From the NCBI GenBank assembly GCA_963704725.1, contig OY969934.1, positions 1,819,023 through 1,883,022 of the forward strand: 64,000 nucleotides of DNA. Direction: 5' to 3'. Positions 26,499-36,400 of this stretch are shown piece by piece. Under the pieces are notes generated by a model, which searched no databases, was not told where the DNA came from, and was given only the letters and a program-made list of their open reading frames with translations. Origin of the DNA: an uncultured Actinomycetes bacterium. GTDB taxonomy: Bacteria > Actinomycetota > UBA4738 > HRBIN12. The translations under genes were made by a program, and so were the position numbers. The stretch's first letter is position 1. Each line of letters starts with the position of its first letter.

Positions 26499-27916
26499 GC
26501 GCCTACGTGGCCCGGCCCGGGACGATCCCCACGCTCGACGTCCCGGACCTGTCGGCCGTGCGCCGCGTCCACATGATCGGCGTGGGCGGGGCCGGGATGC
26601 GGAACCTGGCCCGCCTGTTCCTCGCGCGGGGCATCGGCGTGACCGGTTCCGACATGAAGGACTCCAAAGGTCTGGCCGAGCTCGCCCGGTCCGGGGCGTC
26701 GGTGTCGGTGGGCCACGCCGCGGAGCAGGTCGGCGACGCCGACGCCGTCGTGATCTCGAGCGCGATCCGCGAGAGCAACCCCGAGCTCGTCCAGGCCCGC
26801 CGTCGCGGCATCCCGGTCTGGATGCGAGCGCAGGCGCTCGCCGCGGCCGCCGCCGAGCATCGGGCGATCGCGGTCGCCGGAACGCACGGCAAGACCACCA
26901 CCACCTCGATGGTGGCCCTGGTCCTGGAGCGGGCGGGGCTCGATCCCACGTACGTGATCGGCGGCGACCCCAACGAGACCGGCAGCGGGGGGCGCTCCGG
27001 TCGCGGCGACCTGTTCGTCGCCGAGGCCGACGAGAGCGACGGCTCCTTCCTGTTGATGCGCCCCGCGGTGGGGATCGTGACGAACGTCGAGCTCGATCAC
27101 GTCGACTTCTTCCCGGGGGGTCTCGCCGAGATCGAGAGCGCGTTCACCGCCTTCGCGGAGCGGTGCCGTCACGTCGTCGTGTGCGCCGACGACGAACGGG
27201 CGGTTCGCTCGGTGCTCGCTGCGGGCGTGCCCACGACCACGTATGGCACGGCCGAAGGCGCGGACGTTCGTCTCCGTGTGGGATCCGCGGGACCGGGCGG
27301 GGCCACCGGCGAGCTCACCGTGGGGGCCGAGCGTCTCGCCCTCCGGCTCCCGGTCGACGGGGCCCACAACCTCCTGAACGCCGCCGCCGCGGTGGCGTCG
27401 GCGATGGAGGTCGGGGTCCGGCCGGCGGTCGCGGTGGAGGCCCTGACCGGATTCGCCGGGGTGCACCGCCGCTTCGAGCTCCGGGGCTCGGTCCGGGGCG
27501 CCGACTTCTACGACGACTACGGCCACGTGCCGACCGAGCTCGCCGTGACGCTCGGCGTGGCCCGCCGAACCGGCCCGCGCCGGCTGGTCGCGGTCTTCCA
27601 GCCGCACCGGTACGCCAGGACGCAGGCGCTGTGGCGGGAGCTCGGCGAGAGCCTCGTCGAGGCGGACCTCGTCGTGGTCACCGACGTGTACGGAGCCGCG
27701 CAGGATCCGATCCCCGGCGTGACGGGCAAGCTCGTCGTTCGCGGGATCGGCGCGGCCGCGCCGAGCAAGCGCGTGGTCTACCTCCCACACCGGGGCGACG
27801 TCGTCGAGTTCTTGGACCGAGAGGTCCGGGCCGGCGACCTGGTGATCACGATGGGGTGCGGCGACGTCTGGATGCTCGGCGACGCCGCCCTGGAGCGGAT
27901 CTCGGGGTCGGCGTGA
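26495..27916 (+). CDS. murC: UDP-N-acetylmuramate:L-alanine ligase MurC
   Basis: ATG at 26495 overlaps the murG stop. Motifs: MIGVGGAGM and AVAGTHGKTTTTS. Confidence 0.9.
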   Translation: MSAYVARPGTIPTLDVPDLSAVRRVHMIGVGGAGMRNLARLFLARGIGVTGSDMKDSKGLAELARSGASVSVGHAAEQVGDADAVVISSAIRESNPELVQARRRGIPVWMRAQALAAAAAEHRAIAVAGTHGKTTTTSMVALVLERAGLDPTYVIGGDPNETGSGGRSGRGDLFVAEADESDGSFLLMRPAVGIVTNVELDHVDFFPGGLAEIESAFTAFAERCRHVVVCADDERAVRSVLAAGVPTTTYGTAEGADVRLRVGSAGPGGATGELTVGAERLALRLPVDGAHNLLNAAAAVASAMEVGVRPAVAVEALTGFAGVHRRFELRGSVRGADFYDDYGHVPTELAVTLGVARRTGPRRLVAVFQPHRYARTQALWRELGESLVEADLVVVTDVYGAAQDPIPGVTGKLVVRGIGAAAPSKRVVYLPHRGDVVEFLDREVRAGDLVITMGCGDVWMLGDAALERISGSA

Positions 27917-28845
27917 GCGACGGGCTCGAGCGGGCCGAGGCCGTCCTGCGCGCCGCGTGCGGCGACCGGGTGCGGACGGGATTCCGGCTCGCGCCGCTCA
28001 CCACGTTCCGGATCGGAGGACCGGCCGCGCTGTTCCTGGAGCCCGAGTCCGAGGGCGACCTCGTGGCGTCGGCGGAGGCCGTTCGCGCCGGGGGCGTCCC
28101 CTTCGTCGTCCTCGGCAAAGGCTCCAACGTGCTCGTCGCGGACGAGGGGTTCCCCGGCCTCGTCCTGCGCCTGGGGCGGGGGTTCCGATGGGCGGCACGC
28201 GAGGGTGAGCGGCTTCGCGCCGGCGCGGCGATGCCCTTCCCGGCGCTCGCCGGGGTCGCCCTGTCCCACGGGCTGTCTGGGCTCGAGTTCGCCGTGGCCA
28301 TCCCCGGGAGCGTGGGGGGAGCGGTTCGGATGAACGCCGGCGCGCACGGAGCCGAGTTGGCGGACGTCCTGGAGACGATCGAGGTCTTCGAGCTCGAGCA
28401 GGGGCGGAGGCGGGCGATCCCGGTGGCCGAGGCCGGCTTCGCCTATCGGCGATCCGCGCTCCCGAGCGATGCCGTGGTGGTGGGCGCGACCGTCTCGCTC
28501 ACGCCGGCCGACCGAGAGACGGTGCGCGCGAAGATGGACGACGCGCGGGAGCAGCGTCGGCGGACCCAGCCGCTCGCCGAGGCCAACTGCGGGAGCGTCT
28601 TCAAGAACCCGCCGGGAGACCACGCCGGCCGGCTCATCGACGAGGCGGGAGGCAAGGGCCTCCGCGTCGGCGGGGCGTCGATCTCCACGAAGCATGCGAA
28701 CTTCATCGTCACGGCGGAGGGCGCCCGGGCGATGGACGTCCTCGAGCTGATCCGATCCGTGCAGGAGCTCGTCGCGGCCCGCTCCGGCATCCGACTCGAA
28801 CCGGAGGTGCATCTCGTTGGCGACCTCGATCCCGCGTCGCGCTGA
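27913..28845 (+). CDS. murB: UDP-N-acetylenolpyruvoylglucosamine reductase MurB
   Basis: GTG at 27913 overlaps the murC stop. Motifs: LAPLTTFRIGGPA, LGKGSNVLV and GSVFKNP. Confidence 0.9.
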   Translation: MSDGLERAEAVLRAACGDRVRTGFRLAPLTTFRIGGPAALFLEPESEGDLVASAEAVRAGGVPFVVLGKGSNVLVADEGFPGLVLRLGRGFRWAAREGERLRAGAAMPFPALAGVALSHGLSGLEFAVAIPGSVGGAVRMNAGAHGAELADVLETIEVFELEQGRRRAIPVAEAGFAYRRSALPSDAVVVGATVSLTPADRETVRAKMDDAREQRRRTQPLAEANCGSVFKNPPGDHAGRLIDEAGGKGLRVGGASISTKHANFIVTAEGARAMDVLELIRSVQELVAARSGIRLEPEVHLVGDLDPASR

Positions 28846-29554
28846 CCCGGCTCGCCGTTCGGGCCTCGCATTCTGGGTCCTGCTGTCGATCGCCGTCGTG
28901 ACCCTGGGGGTCGGCATGGTGCTGCTGTCCCGGTCCTCGATGCTCCACGCGCGGGACGTGGAGGTCACCGGGGCGTCGCATCTGTCGCGGGCGGAGATCG
29001 TGGAGACGGCGGCCGTGTCGAAGAAGTCGAACGTGCTGTGGCTGGACGAAGGCGCCGCCGAACGACGGCTCGAAGCCGACGTATGGATCGCGGACGCGGA
29101 CGTCCACGTGGCCCTGCCGTGGACGATCGAGATCGCCGTCGTGGAGCGAACGCCCATCGCCGTGGCGAGCGACGGGACGCTGCAGACGCTCGTCGCCGCG
29201 GACGGGACCACGCTGGGGCCCGCCGGCCACTCGCAGGGCCTGGTCCGCATCGCGCTTCCTCCGCGAGTGATGCTCGACGGTGGCAGCGAGTCGCCTCGCG
29301 GCGCCGCGCTCGCCCTCGGCTCGATGCCGGAGGAGCTGCGGGCCCAGGTCTCGTCGGTGACGGTGGCCGTGGGTGGATCGCTGGAGGTTCGGCTTCGAGG
29401 CGGGGTCTCCGTCCGGTACGGCTCGGCCACCGAGGTTTGGCGCAAGGCCGAGATCCTGGGGCAGATCCTGGAGTGGGCAACGGCGCTCGGAGAGGCCGTG
29501 GCGAAGGTCGACCTGGTCGCGCCCGAGGCGCCGGCGGTCGTGCTGGCCTCGTAG
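28817..29554 (+). CDS. ftsQ: cell division protein FtsQ (POTRA domain)
   Basis: 245 aa with a TTG start. One TM helix, then a POTRA-like V.V.G...LS..EI segment. Lies between murB and ftsZ and overlaps murB by 29 nt. Confidence 0.75.
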   Translation: MATSIPRRADPARRSGLAFWVLLSIAVVTLGVGMVLLSRSSMLHARDVEVTGASHLSRAEIVETAAVSKKSNVLWLDEGAAERRLEADVWIADADVHVALPWTIEIAVVERTPIAVASDGTLQTLVAADGTTLGPAGHSQGLVRIALPPRVMLDGGSESPRGAALALGSMPEELRAQVSSVTVAVGGSLEVRLRGGVSVRYGSATEVWRKAEILGQILEWATALGEAVAKVDLVAPEAPAVVLAS

Positions 29555-29606
29555 TCGCGGGGTTCGGGAACTGTCACCCGTTCGTGCAATCGCCGTTCGT
29601 CGTCTA

Positions 29607-29635
29607 TTGACGGACCTGCGGTTTACGAGTAGCGT
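29607..29635 (+). promoter_or_regulatory. candidate ftsZ promoter TTGACG-N17-TAGCGT
   Basis: Hexamers read directly in the AT-richer 250-nt ftsQ-ftsZ spacer. Confidence 0.35.
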
Positions 29636-29805
29636 GCCGTATCAACGTGAAGTAGATATAACAATGAACTTCCAGTTGACGTTTACGGTTCAAGCACGAC
29701 ACGGCACCATGACGAGACACGATCCACAGGAGAGGTTCAGGGAGACAGTACGGCGTTTCCCCAGGTAGTCCGGGGGGCATCACCACCCGGGGAGCGGAGG
29801 TCGCA

Positions 29806-30981
29806 GTGATGGATTCTCCTCAGAACTACCTCGCCGTCATCAAGGTCATCGGCATCGGCGGCGGGGGCGTCAACGCGGTCAACCGCATGATCGAGGGCGG
29901 GCTGCGGGGCGTCGAGTTCATCGCGGTCAACACCGACGCGCAGACCCTGTTGATGTCCGACGCGGAGGTGAAGCTCGACATCGGACGGGAGACCACGCGA
30001 GGACTGGGCGCGGGGTCGGACCCGGACGTCGGTCGCCGCGCGGCCGACGAGCACGCCGACGAGATCGAGGAGATCCTCAAGGGCTCGGACATGGTCTTCA
30101 TCACCGCCGGCGAAGGTGGCGGGACGGGGACCGGAGGCGCGCCGATCGTGGCCGAGCTCGCCCGGAACCTGGGCGCGCTGACGATCGGCGTCGTGACCCG
30201 TCCGTTCGGGTTCGAGGGGCGCAAGCGCGCCACGCAGGCCGACATGGGGATCAGCGACCTGAAGAAGGCCGTGGACACCCTCATCGTGGTTCCCAACGAC
30301 CGACTGCTCCAGGTGTCGGAGCCGCAGACGCCGATGGTCGACGCATTCCGCATGGCGGACCAGGTGCTGTTCCAAGGCGTCGACGGCATCACCTCGCTCA
30401 TCACGACGCCCGGGCTGATCAACCTCGACTTCGCGGACGTCAAGTCCGTGATGACCGGCGCCGGCTCGGCGCTCATGGGGATCGGTCACGGTTCGGGAGA
30501 CGACCGAGCGGAGGAGGCGGCGAAGGCGGCCATCAGCTCTCCGCTCCTCGAGTCCTCGATCGAGGGCGCCCGTGGCGTCCTGCTGTCGATCTCGGGGCCG
30601 ACCGACCTGACGCTGCACGAGGTCAACAAGGCGGCCGACCACATCACGAGGGTGGCGCACCCCGACGCGAACATCATCTTCGGCGCCGTTGTCGACGACG
30701 CGCTCGGGGAGGAGGTCCGCGTCACCGTCATCGCGGCGGGATTCGACAAGCTCATGGCCGCGCCGACCGGCGTGCAGTTCGAGAGCCGTCTGTCCCGCCT
30801 GCTGGAGGAGCCCGAGGGCCTGCGCCCCGAGCCGATGCCGGCGCCGGCGGCCGAGGGGGTTCGCGAGCCCGTGCCCTCGATCCTGGTCGAGGAGGAGGAC
30901 GAGATCTTCCGACAGACGCCCGAACCCGTGTCCTTCGACGCCGAGGAGGACCTGGACATCCCGGACTTCCTGAAGAGCTAG
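29806..30981 (+). CDS. ftsZ: cell division GTPase FtsZ
   Basis: [23 protein letters not shown] and NLDFADV motifs; 391 aa (the true start may be the ATG at 29809). Confidence 0.97.
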   Translation: MMDSPQNYLAVIKVIGIGGGGVNAVNRMIEGGLRGVEFIAVNTDAQTLLMSDAEVKLDIGRETTRGLGAGSDPDVGRRAADEHADEIEEILKGSDMVFITAGEGGGTGTGGAPIVAELARNLGALTIGVVTRPFGFEGRKRATQADMGISDLKKAVDTLIVVPNDRLLQVSEPQTPMVDAFRMADQVLFQGVDGITSLITTPGLINLDFADVKSVMTGAGSALMGIGHGSGDDRAEEAAKAAISSPLLESSIEGARGVLLSISGPTDLTLHEVNKAADHITRVAHPDANIIFGAVVDDALGEEVRVTVIAAGFDKLMAAPTGVQFESRLSRLLEEPEGLRPEPMPAPAAEGVREPVPSILVEEEDEIFRQTPEPVSFDAEEDLDIPDFLKS

Positions 30982-30983
30982 GG

Positions 30984-31062
30984 GTCGTGGGGACGGAGAC
31001 GATCGAGGGTCGAGAGGCGTCCTTCCCCCGCCTCTGGGCCCGGTCTCCGTCCCCGCCACGAC
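30984..31062 (+). terminator. long compound stem-loop 3 nt after the ftsZ stop
   Basis: GTCGTGGGGACGGAGAC (30984-31000) pairs with GTCTCCGTCCC-cgc-CACGAC (31043-31062): 17 bp with a 3-nt bulge. An inner AGAGGCG/CGCCTCT helix is also present. The sequence downstream is T-richer. Confidence 0.45.
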
Positions 31063-31133
31063 GCGCGTCGGCTCCTCCGCATCTGTTGTTCCTGTCATCG
31101 GTTGTTGATCTCTGTTAGCTTGCGTGGTCCCCG

Positions 31134-31823
31134 ATGCCGCGTTCGGAAGAGACCGTGCTCGACAACCTCGCCACCATCCGAGGCCGGCTCGCGAAGGCGT
31201 GCGAGCGCGCCGGCCGCGACGCCTCGAGCGTCCGGCTCGTGGCGATCGGCAAGACGGTGGAGGCCGAGGCGCTGGGATGGGTCCGGTCGGCGGGCGTGCA
31301 GGACCTGGGCGAGAACTACGTGCGAGAGCTGCGCGCCAAGCGCGAGACGGTCCCCGACGTTCGGTGGCACTTCGTCGGCACGATCCAGGCCAGCGGGGCG
31401 CACCACGTGGCCGAGCTGGCGGACGTCGTGCAGACCGTGGTTCCGGGACGGGCGATGGCTCGGCTGGGCCGCCGCGCCGCCGAGCGGGGCCGGACCCTGA
31501 CGGCGCTCGTCGAGGTGGACTTCACGGGCGAGAGGGTCGGCGTGGCTCCCGGCGACGTGGTGGAGGCGTGTGAGGCGGTCGCTCGGACCGAGGGGCTCGA
31601 CCTCCGCGGCCTCATGACCGTGCCGCCGGTGACGCGGACCGCGGAGGAGGCCCGGCCGTACTTCCGCCGGTTGCGGGAGCTCCTGGCGCCGGTCGCCGAG
31701 CGCCATCCCGGGGCCGCCGAGCTCTCCATGGGAATGTCGCTCGATTACCAGGTTGCGGTGGAGGAAGGCGCTACGATGGTTCGGATCGGGACCGCGCTCT
31801 TCGGGGCGCGGCCTTCCGCGTAA
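31134..31823 (+). CDS. yggS: YggS-family pyridoxal-phosphate homeostasis protein
   Basis: 229 aa with VRLVAIGKT, GENYVRE, WHFVGTIQ and SMGMSLDY motifs, at the conserved position after ftsZ. Confidence 0.9.
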   Translation: MPRSEETVLDNLATIRGRLAKACERAGRDASSVRLVAIGKTVEAEALGWVRSAGVQDLGENYVRELRAKRETVPDVRWHFVGTIQASGAHHVAELADVVQTVVPGRAMARLGRRAAERGRTLTALVEVDFTGERVGVAPGDVVEACEAVARTEGLDLRGLMTVPPVTRTAEEARPYFRRLRELLAPVAERHPGAAELSMGMSLDYQVAVEEGATMVRIGTALFGARPSA

Positions 31824-31834
31824 GGAGGGACGTG

Positions 31835-32314
31835 ATGCCTGGCGTGTGGAAGAAGACGCTCACGTACCTGGGACTGGTCGAGGACGACGAGTTCGAGGAG
31901 CTCGACGAGGTCTCCGCGCAGCCCGAACAGGCCGAGATCCGGCGCTTCCAGCGCCCCCAGGCCGTGCGGGAGGTCGCCTTCGAGGCGGAGCACGATGGCA
32001 TCGTCCGGACGATCTCGTCCACCCGCGCGGCGACGGCGGGCTCGATCCACAAGTCGGAGCCGCGCCGGTTCAACGAGGCCCGCGACATCGCCGACCGCTT
32101 CAAGGACGGCGTTCCGGTGATCATGAACCTGCAAAGCACCGACGACACGATCGCGCGCCGTCTGGTGGACTTCGCCTCGGGCCTCGTGTACGGGCTCGAC
32201 GGCAAGATCGAGATGGTGGCCAATCGTGTGTACCTGCTGACGCCGGGAGGCGTCGACGTGTCGGCCGAGGACCGCGAGCGGATCGCCGGCGGCGACCTCT
32301 ACAACCAGTTCTGA
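31835..32314 (+). CDS. sepF: cell division protein SepF
   Basis: N-terminus MPGVWKKTLTYLGL, C-terminal SepF core. GGAGG lies 6 nt upstream of the ATG at 31835. Confidence 0.9.
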   Translation: MPGVWKKTLTYLGLVEDDEFEELDEVSAQPEQAEIRRFQRPQAVREVAFEAEHDGIVRTISSTRAATAGSIHKSEPRRFNEARDIADRFKDGVPVIMNLQSTDDTIARRLVDFASGLVYGLDGKIEMVANRVYLLTPGGVDVSAEDRERIAGGDLYNQF

Positions 32315-32336
32315 CGAGGGATCCGCGACCTTCCGG

Positions 32337-32633
32337 ATGATCGCGCAACAACAGGGCAATCCAGGGCTCGACATCGTCTGCATCGTCCTGACGGTCTTCT
32401 GGGTCGTGCTCCTGATCCGCGTCATCGTGTCGTGGGCCTACCTGTTCGGCTTCCGCCCCCCGTTGACCGGACCGCTGCGCAAGGTCCTGGATCTGCTCGA
32501 GGACGTCACCGAACCCGTCCTCAAGCCGCTGCGAGCTGTGATCCCGCCGGTGCGGGCCGGCGGGATGGGCCTCGATCTGTCCATCCTCGTAGCGTTCGTT
32601 ATCCTGATCGTTCTGCAGCAGGCGTTCTGCTGA
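32337..32633 (+). CDS. YggT-family membrane protein
   Basis: 98-aa protein with two hydrophobic regions (VVLLIRVIVSW ... P.LK.LR), at the conserved position after sepF. Confidence 0.85.
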   Translation: MIAQQQGNPGLDIVCIVLTVFWVVLLIRVIVSWAYLFGFRPPLTGPLRKVLDLLEDVTEPVLKPLRAVIPPVRAGGMGLDLSILVAFVILIVLQQAFC

Positions 32634-32646
32634 CGGGGGGAAGGCG

Positions 32647-33408
32647 ATGCGCAGGAAGAAGTCCGAGCAGCAGGCCGCGCCGGCGCGGGCCGACGGCAGG
32701 CTCACCCCGATGGACGTCCAGCAGGTGGAGTTCCGCCTCTCCTTCCGCGGCTACAACGAGCGCGACGTCGACGCCTTCCTCGATCGTCTGACCGAGGACC
32801 TGTCCTGGTACATGGAGGAAAGCCAGCGGCTGCGCGCCGGCGGCTCGTACGCCGGGCCCCCGGCCGACGCGGGGGCGGCGCAGGGGGAGGCGGACGAGGT
32901 CTTGGCGCGGGCTCGCCAGGAGGCCGCGGCGATCGTTCGGCGGGCCGAGCAGGACGCAGCTGCGATCCGGGCGGGGGGCGGCGCCAGCGGCGACACCCGC
33001 GCGGCGGTGGCGCCGTTCCTGAACACCGAGCGGGAGTTCCTGCAGAGCCTCGGTTCGCTCGTCCAGACCCACGCCGAGGAGGTCAAGCGCATGGTCCTTG
33101 CGCTGCGGGCCGGAGCCGGTCACACGGGCCGGAGCGCCGCCCCGGCCGAGGAGGCGCCGGCTGCGGTCGAGGAAGCGCCCGCCTCGGACGAGCCGGCCGC
33201 GCCGGCGGCCGAGGAGGAGGTCGACCTCAGCACGGCGTCGGCGGCGGAGATCCGCGAACGGCTGGGCGAGCCGGAGCAGGACGACACGTCGGCGTCCGAG
33301 CCGGTGCGCGTGGAGAGCGGGACCGAACCCGCCTACAGCGCCGAGAGCGCACAGGCGGGCGAGGGCCGCGAGCGGTCCCTTCGAGAGCTGTTCTGGGGCG
33401 ACGACTGA
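32647..33408 (+). CDS. divIVA: DivIVA-domain protein (Wag31-like)
   Basis: LTPMDVQQVEFRLSFRGYNERDVDAFLDRL, followed by a coiled-coil and low-complexity tail. Confidence 0.85.
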   Translation: MRRKKSEQQAAPARADGRLTPMDVQQVEFRLSFRGYNERDVDAFLDRLTEDLSWYMEESQRLRAGGSYAGPPADAGAAQGEADEVLARARQEAAAIVRRAEQDAAAIRAGGGASGDTRAAVAPFLNTEREFLQSLGSLVQTHAEEVKRMVLALRAGAGHTGRSAAPAEEAPAAVEEAPASDEPAAPAAEEEVDLSTASAAEIRERLGEPEQDDTSASEPVRVESGTEPAYSAESAQAGEGRERSLRELFWGDD

Positions 33409-33420
33409 GCCGTCGTCCGC

Positions 33421-36400
33421 TCAGATGCGCCGCAGGCTGATCGTCACCGGCTGCCCGTCGATCGCGGCGTCCTGTCGATAGGCCGCGTCGGCCAGGACCT
33501 CGTCCCGAACCTCGGTGGCCAGCGTCTCCGCCGCGACGTCGGCCCGGTGCGCCGAGAAGGCGTCCGCGATCTCTCCCGCGGCCGCGACACCGAGCTCGAT
33601 GCGATCGCTCACCTCGAGCCCGGCGGCCTTCCGCGAGTCCTGCACGAGGCGGACGAGCTCGCGGGCCAGCCCTTCCCTTCGAAGCTCCGCCGTGAGCTCC
33701 AGCTCGAGCGCGACGGTGATGCCGCCGTCACTCGCGACGCCCCAGCCCTCGAGCGTCTCCTGCACCAGGTCGACGTCCTCGGGTCCGAGGTCGACCGGCG
33801 GCCCCGAGATGGAGACCTCGACGTGCTGGCCTGCGGCCAGGGCGGCCGCGACCGAGCCGTCGTCGCGCTCGAGGGCCGAGGCCACCTCCTTGACCCGAGG
33901 TCCCAGCCTCGGGCCGAGGGCCTTGAAGTTGGGCTTGGCACGCCACCGGCCGAACCGCTCCGCCGACTCGGCGAACAGGACCTCCTTCACGTTGAGCTCC
34001 TCGGCCACCAGCCCCAGCAGCGGGCCGAGCGCTTCGCGATCGCCCGGGTAGTGGATGACGGCCTCGAGGAGCGGTTGGCGCACGCGAACCTTCGTGTCGG
34101 TCCGGACGCGCCGTCCGAGCTCGACGATCGAGCGGGCCGCGAGCATCGCCTCGTCGAGCGTGGGATCGGAGCGCTCCGCGACCGGGACGGGGTAATCGGT
34201 GAGATGCACGGAGTCGGGTGCGCCGGAGAGGCCGCGTGAGAGGTTGCGCCACAACTCCTCGGCCACGAACGGCGTGAACGGCGCGAGGAGCCGGGCCACG
34301 GTCAACAGGCACTCGTGCAGGGTGGCGAATGCCGCGCCGGTCTCGGTGCCCCCCGCGCCCTCGGGGTCCCAGAACCGCCGCCGGGCGCGCCGGACGTACC
34401 AGTTGGAGAGGTCGTCGACGAACGCCGCGATCCGACGTCCCGCGCCGGTCGCATCGTAGGCCTCGAGGCCGTCGCGGGCCGTTCGGACGGCGTCCGCGAG
34501 CTGCGAGAGCACCCAACGATCCAGGAGCGGCCGCTCCACCACGGGAACGGGCTCGGCGGCGGGGTCGAAGGCGCTCGCGTTCGCGTACGTGACGAAGAAC
34601 GCGTACACGTTCCACAGCGTCAGCAGGAACTGGCGCACGACGTCGTCGAGGATGGCCATGCCGATGCGGCGGGAGGCCCACGGCGAGCCGCTCGTCAGCA
34701 GGTACCAGCGGAGCGCGTCGGCTCCCTGGCGGTCGAGCACCTCGAAGGGGTCGATCACGTTCCCCAGGGACTTGCTCATCTTGCGCCCGTCCTCGTCGAC
34801 GATGAGCCCGAGACAGACGCAGTTGCGGTAGGTCGTCGAGTCGAAGTGCAGGACGCCCTCGGCCATCAGGGTGTAGAACCAGCCGCGCGTCTGGTCGATG
34901 GCCTCGCTGATGAAGTCGGCGGGGAAGCGTTGGTCGAACCGCTCGAGGCCGCGCCCGAGCTCGGGGTGGTAGCCCCACTGGGCGTAGGGCATGGCGCCGG
35001 AGTCGTACCAGGTGTCGATCACCTCGGGGACGCGAGACGCGGTTTCGGCGCACTCGGGGCAGGGGAACGACACCTCGTCGATGGCCGGACGGTGCGGGTC
35101 GATCGCGGTGACGTCCCGCCCGGCGCGTTCGGACAGCTCGGAGAGCGAGCCGATCGCCGTGTCGTGGCGGTTCGGGCAGCGCCAGATCGGCAGGGGGGTC
35201 CCCCAGTACCGCTCGCGCGAGAGCGCCCAGTCCACGTTGTTCTCGAGCCAGTCGCCGTACCGGCCGTGCTTGATGTGCTCGGGGTACCAGTTCACCTCCT
35301 CGTTCACCGCGAGCAGGCGCTCCTTCACGGCGGTGGTGCGCACGTACCACGAGCTCCGGGCGACGTAGATCAACGGGGTCTCGCATCGCCAGCACAGGGG
35401 ATAGGTGTGCAGGATCGTGCCGGCGCGTAGGAGGAGGTCCCGCCCGCGCAGGTCCTCGGTGATGGCGGGGTCGGCCTCCTTGAAGAAGACCCCCCGCACG
35501 AACCCGGGGGCCTCGTCCGTGAAGCGCCCCTCGCCGTCGAGCGGCCGGAACATGGGCCATCCCTCGCGCCGGCCGACCTCGAGGTCTTCCGGTCCGAACG
35601 CCGGCGCCATGTGGACGATCCCCGTCCCGTCCTCGAGCGAGACGAACTCGGCAGCGACGACGCGATGCGCGCCCTCGACATTCGGATACAGGGGGGCATA
35701 GCGGGCGCCGACGAGCGTCGCACCGTTGGCGCTCCATCCGGCCGGGCTCGCGTCGGGCAGCACCGCGTCCTTCAGCTTGCTCGCGAGGACGTACCGTTCG
35801 CCTTCCTGCTCGACCATGACGTACTGGGCGTTCGCCGCTACCGCCAAGCCCTCGTTGGAGATCAGCGTCCAGGGCGTGGTCGTCCACCCGAGCAGGTGCG
35901 CGCCGACCAGGTCCGCATGCCGAGACTCGGTGACCGTGAACTTCACGAACACGCTCGGGTCCTCCACCTCCGTGTAGCCCATGGCCACCTCGGCATCGGA
36001 CAGCGGCGTCCCGCACCGGGGGCAGTAGGTGGTGATCCGGTCGTCCTCGGACAGCAGGCCACGCTGGTGGAGCCGCTTCAGCGACCACCACACGCTCTCG
36101 ATGTACTCGGTGTCCATCGTCCGGTAGGCGTCGGACAGGTCGATCCAGAATCCGATCCGCTCGGTGAGTCGCTCGAAGTCGCCCACGTAGCGCTGGACCG
36201 ACTCGCGGCACAGCCGGTTGAACTCGGCGACGCCGAAGGCCTCGATGTCGCGCTTGCTCCTGGTCCCGATCTCCTTCTCCACCTCGAGCTCGACCGGCAG
36301 CCCGTGGCAGTCCCACCCGCCCTTGCGCGGGACGTAGTGGCCGGTCATCGCCTTGAAGCGCGGGTACACGTCCTTGAACGTGCGGGGCTCGACGTGGTGG

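Noticed and set aside
29664-29768. 35-codon ORF (MNFQLTFTVQARHG...) in the ftsZ leader
   Set aside because: It has no SD and low GC3, and it lies across the candidate promoter elements. It is more likely non-coding leader or promoter DNA.
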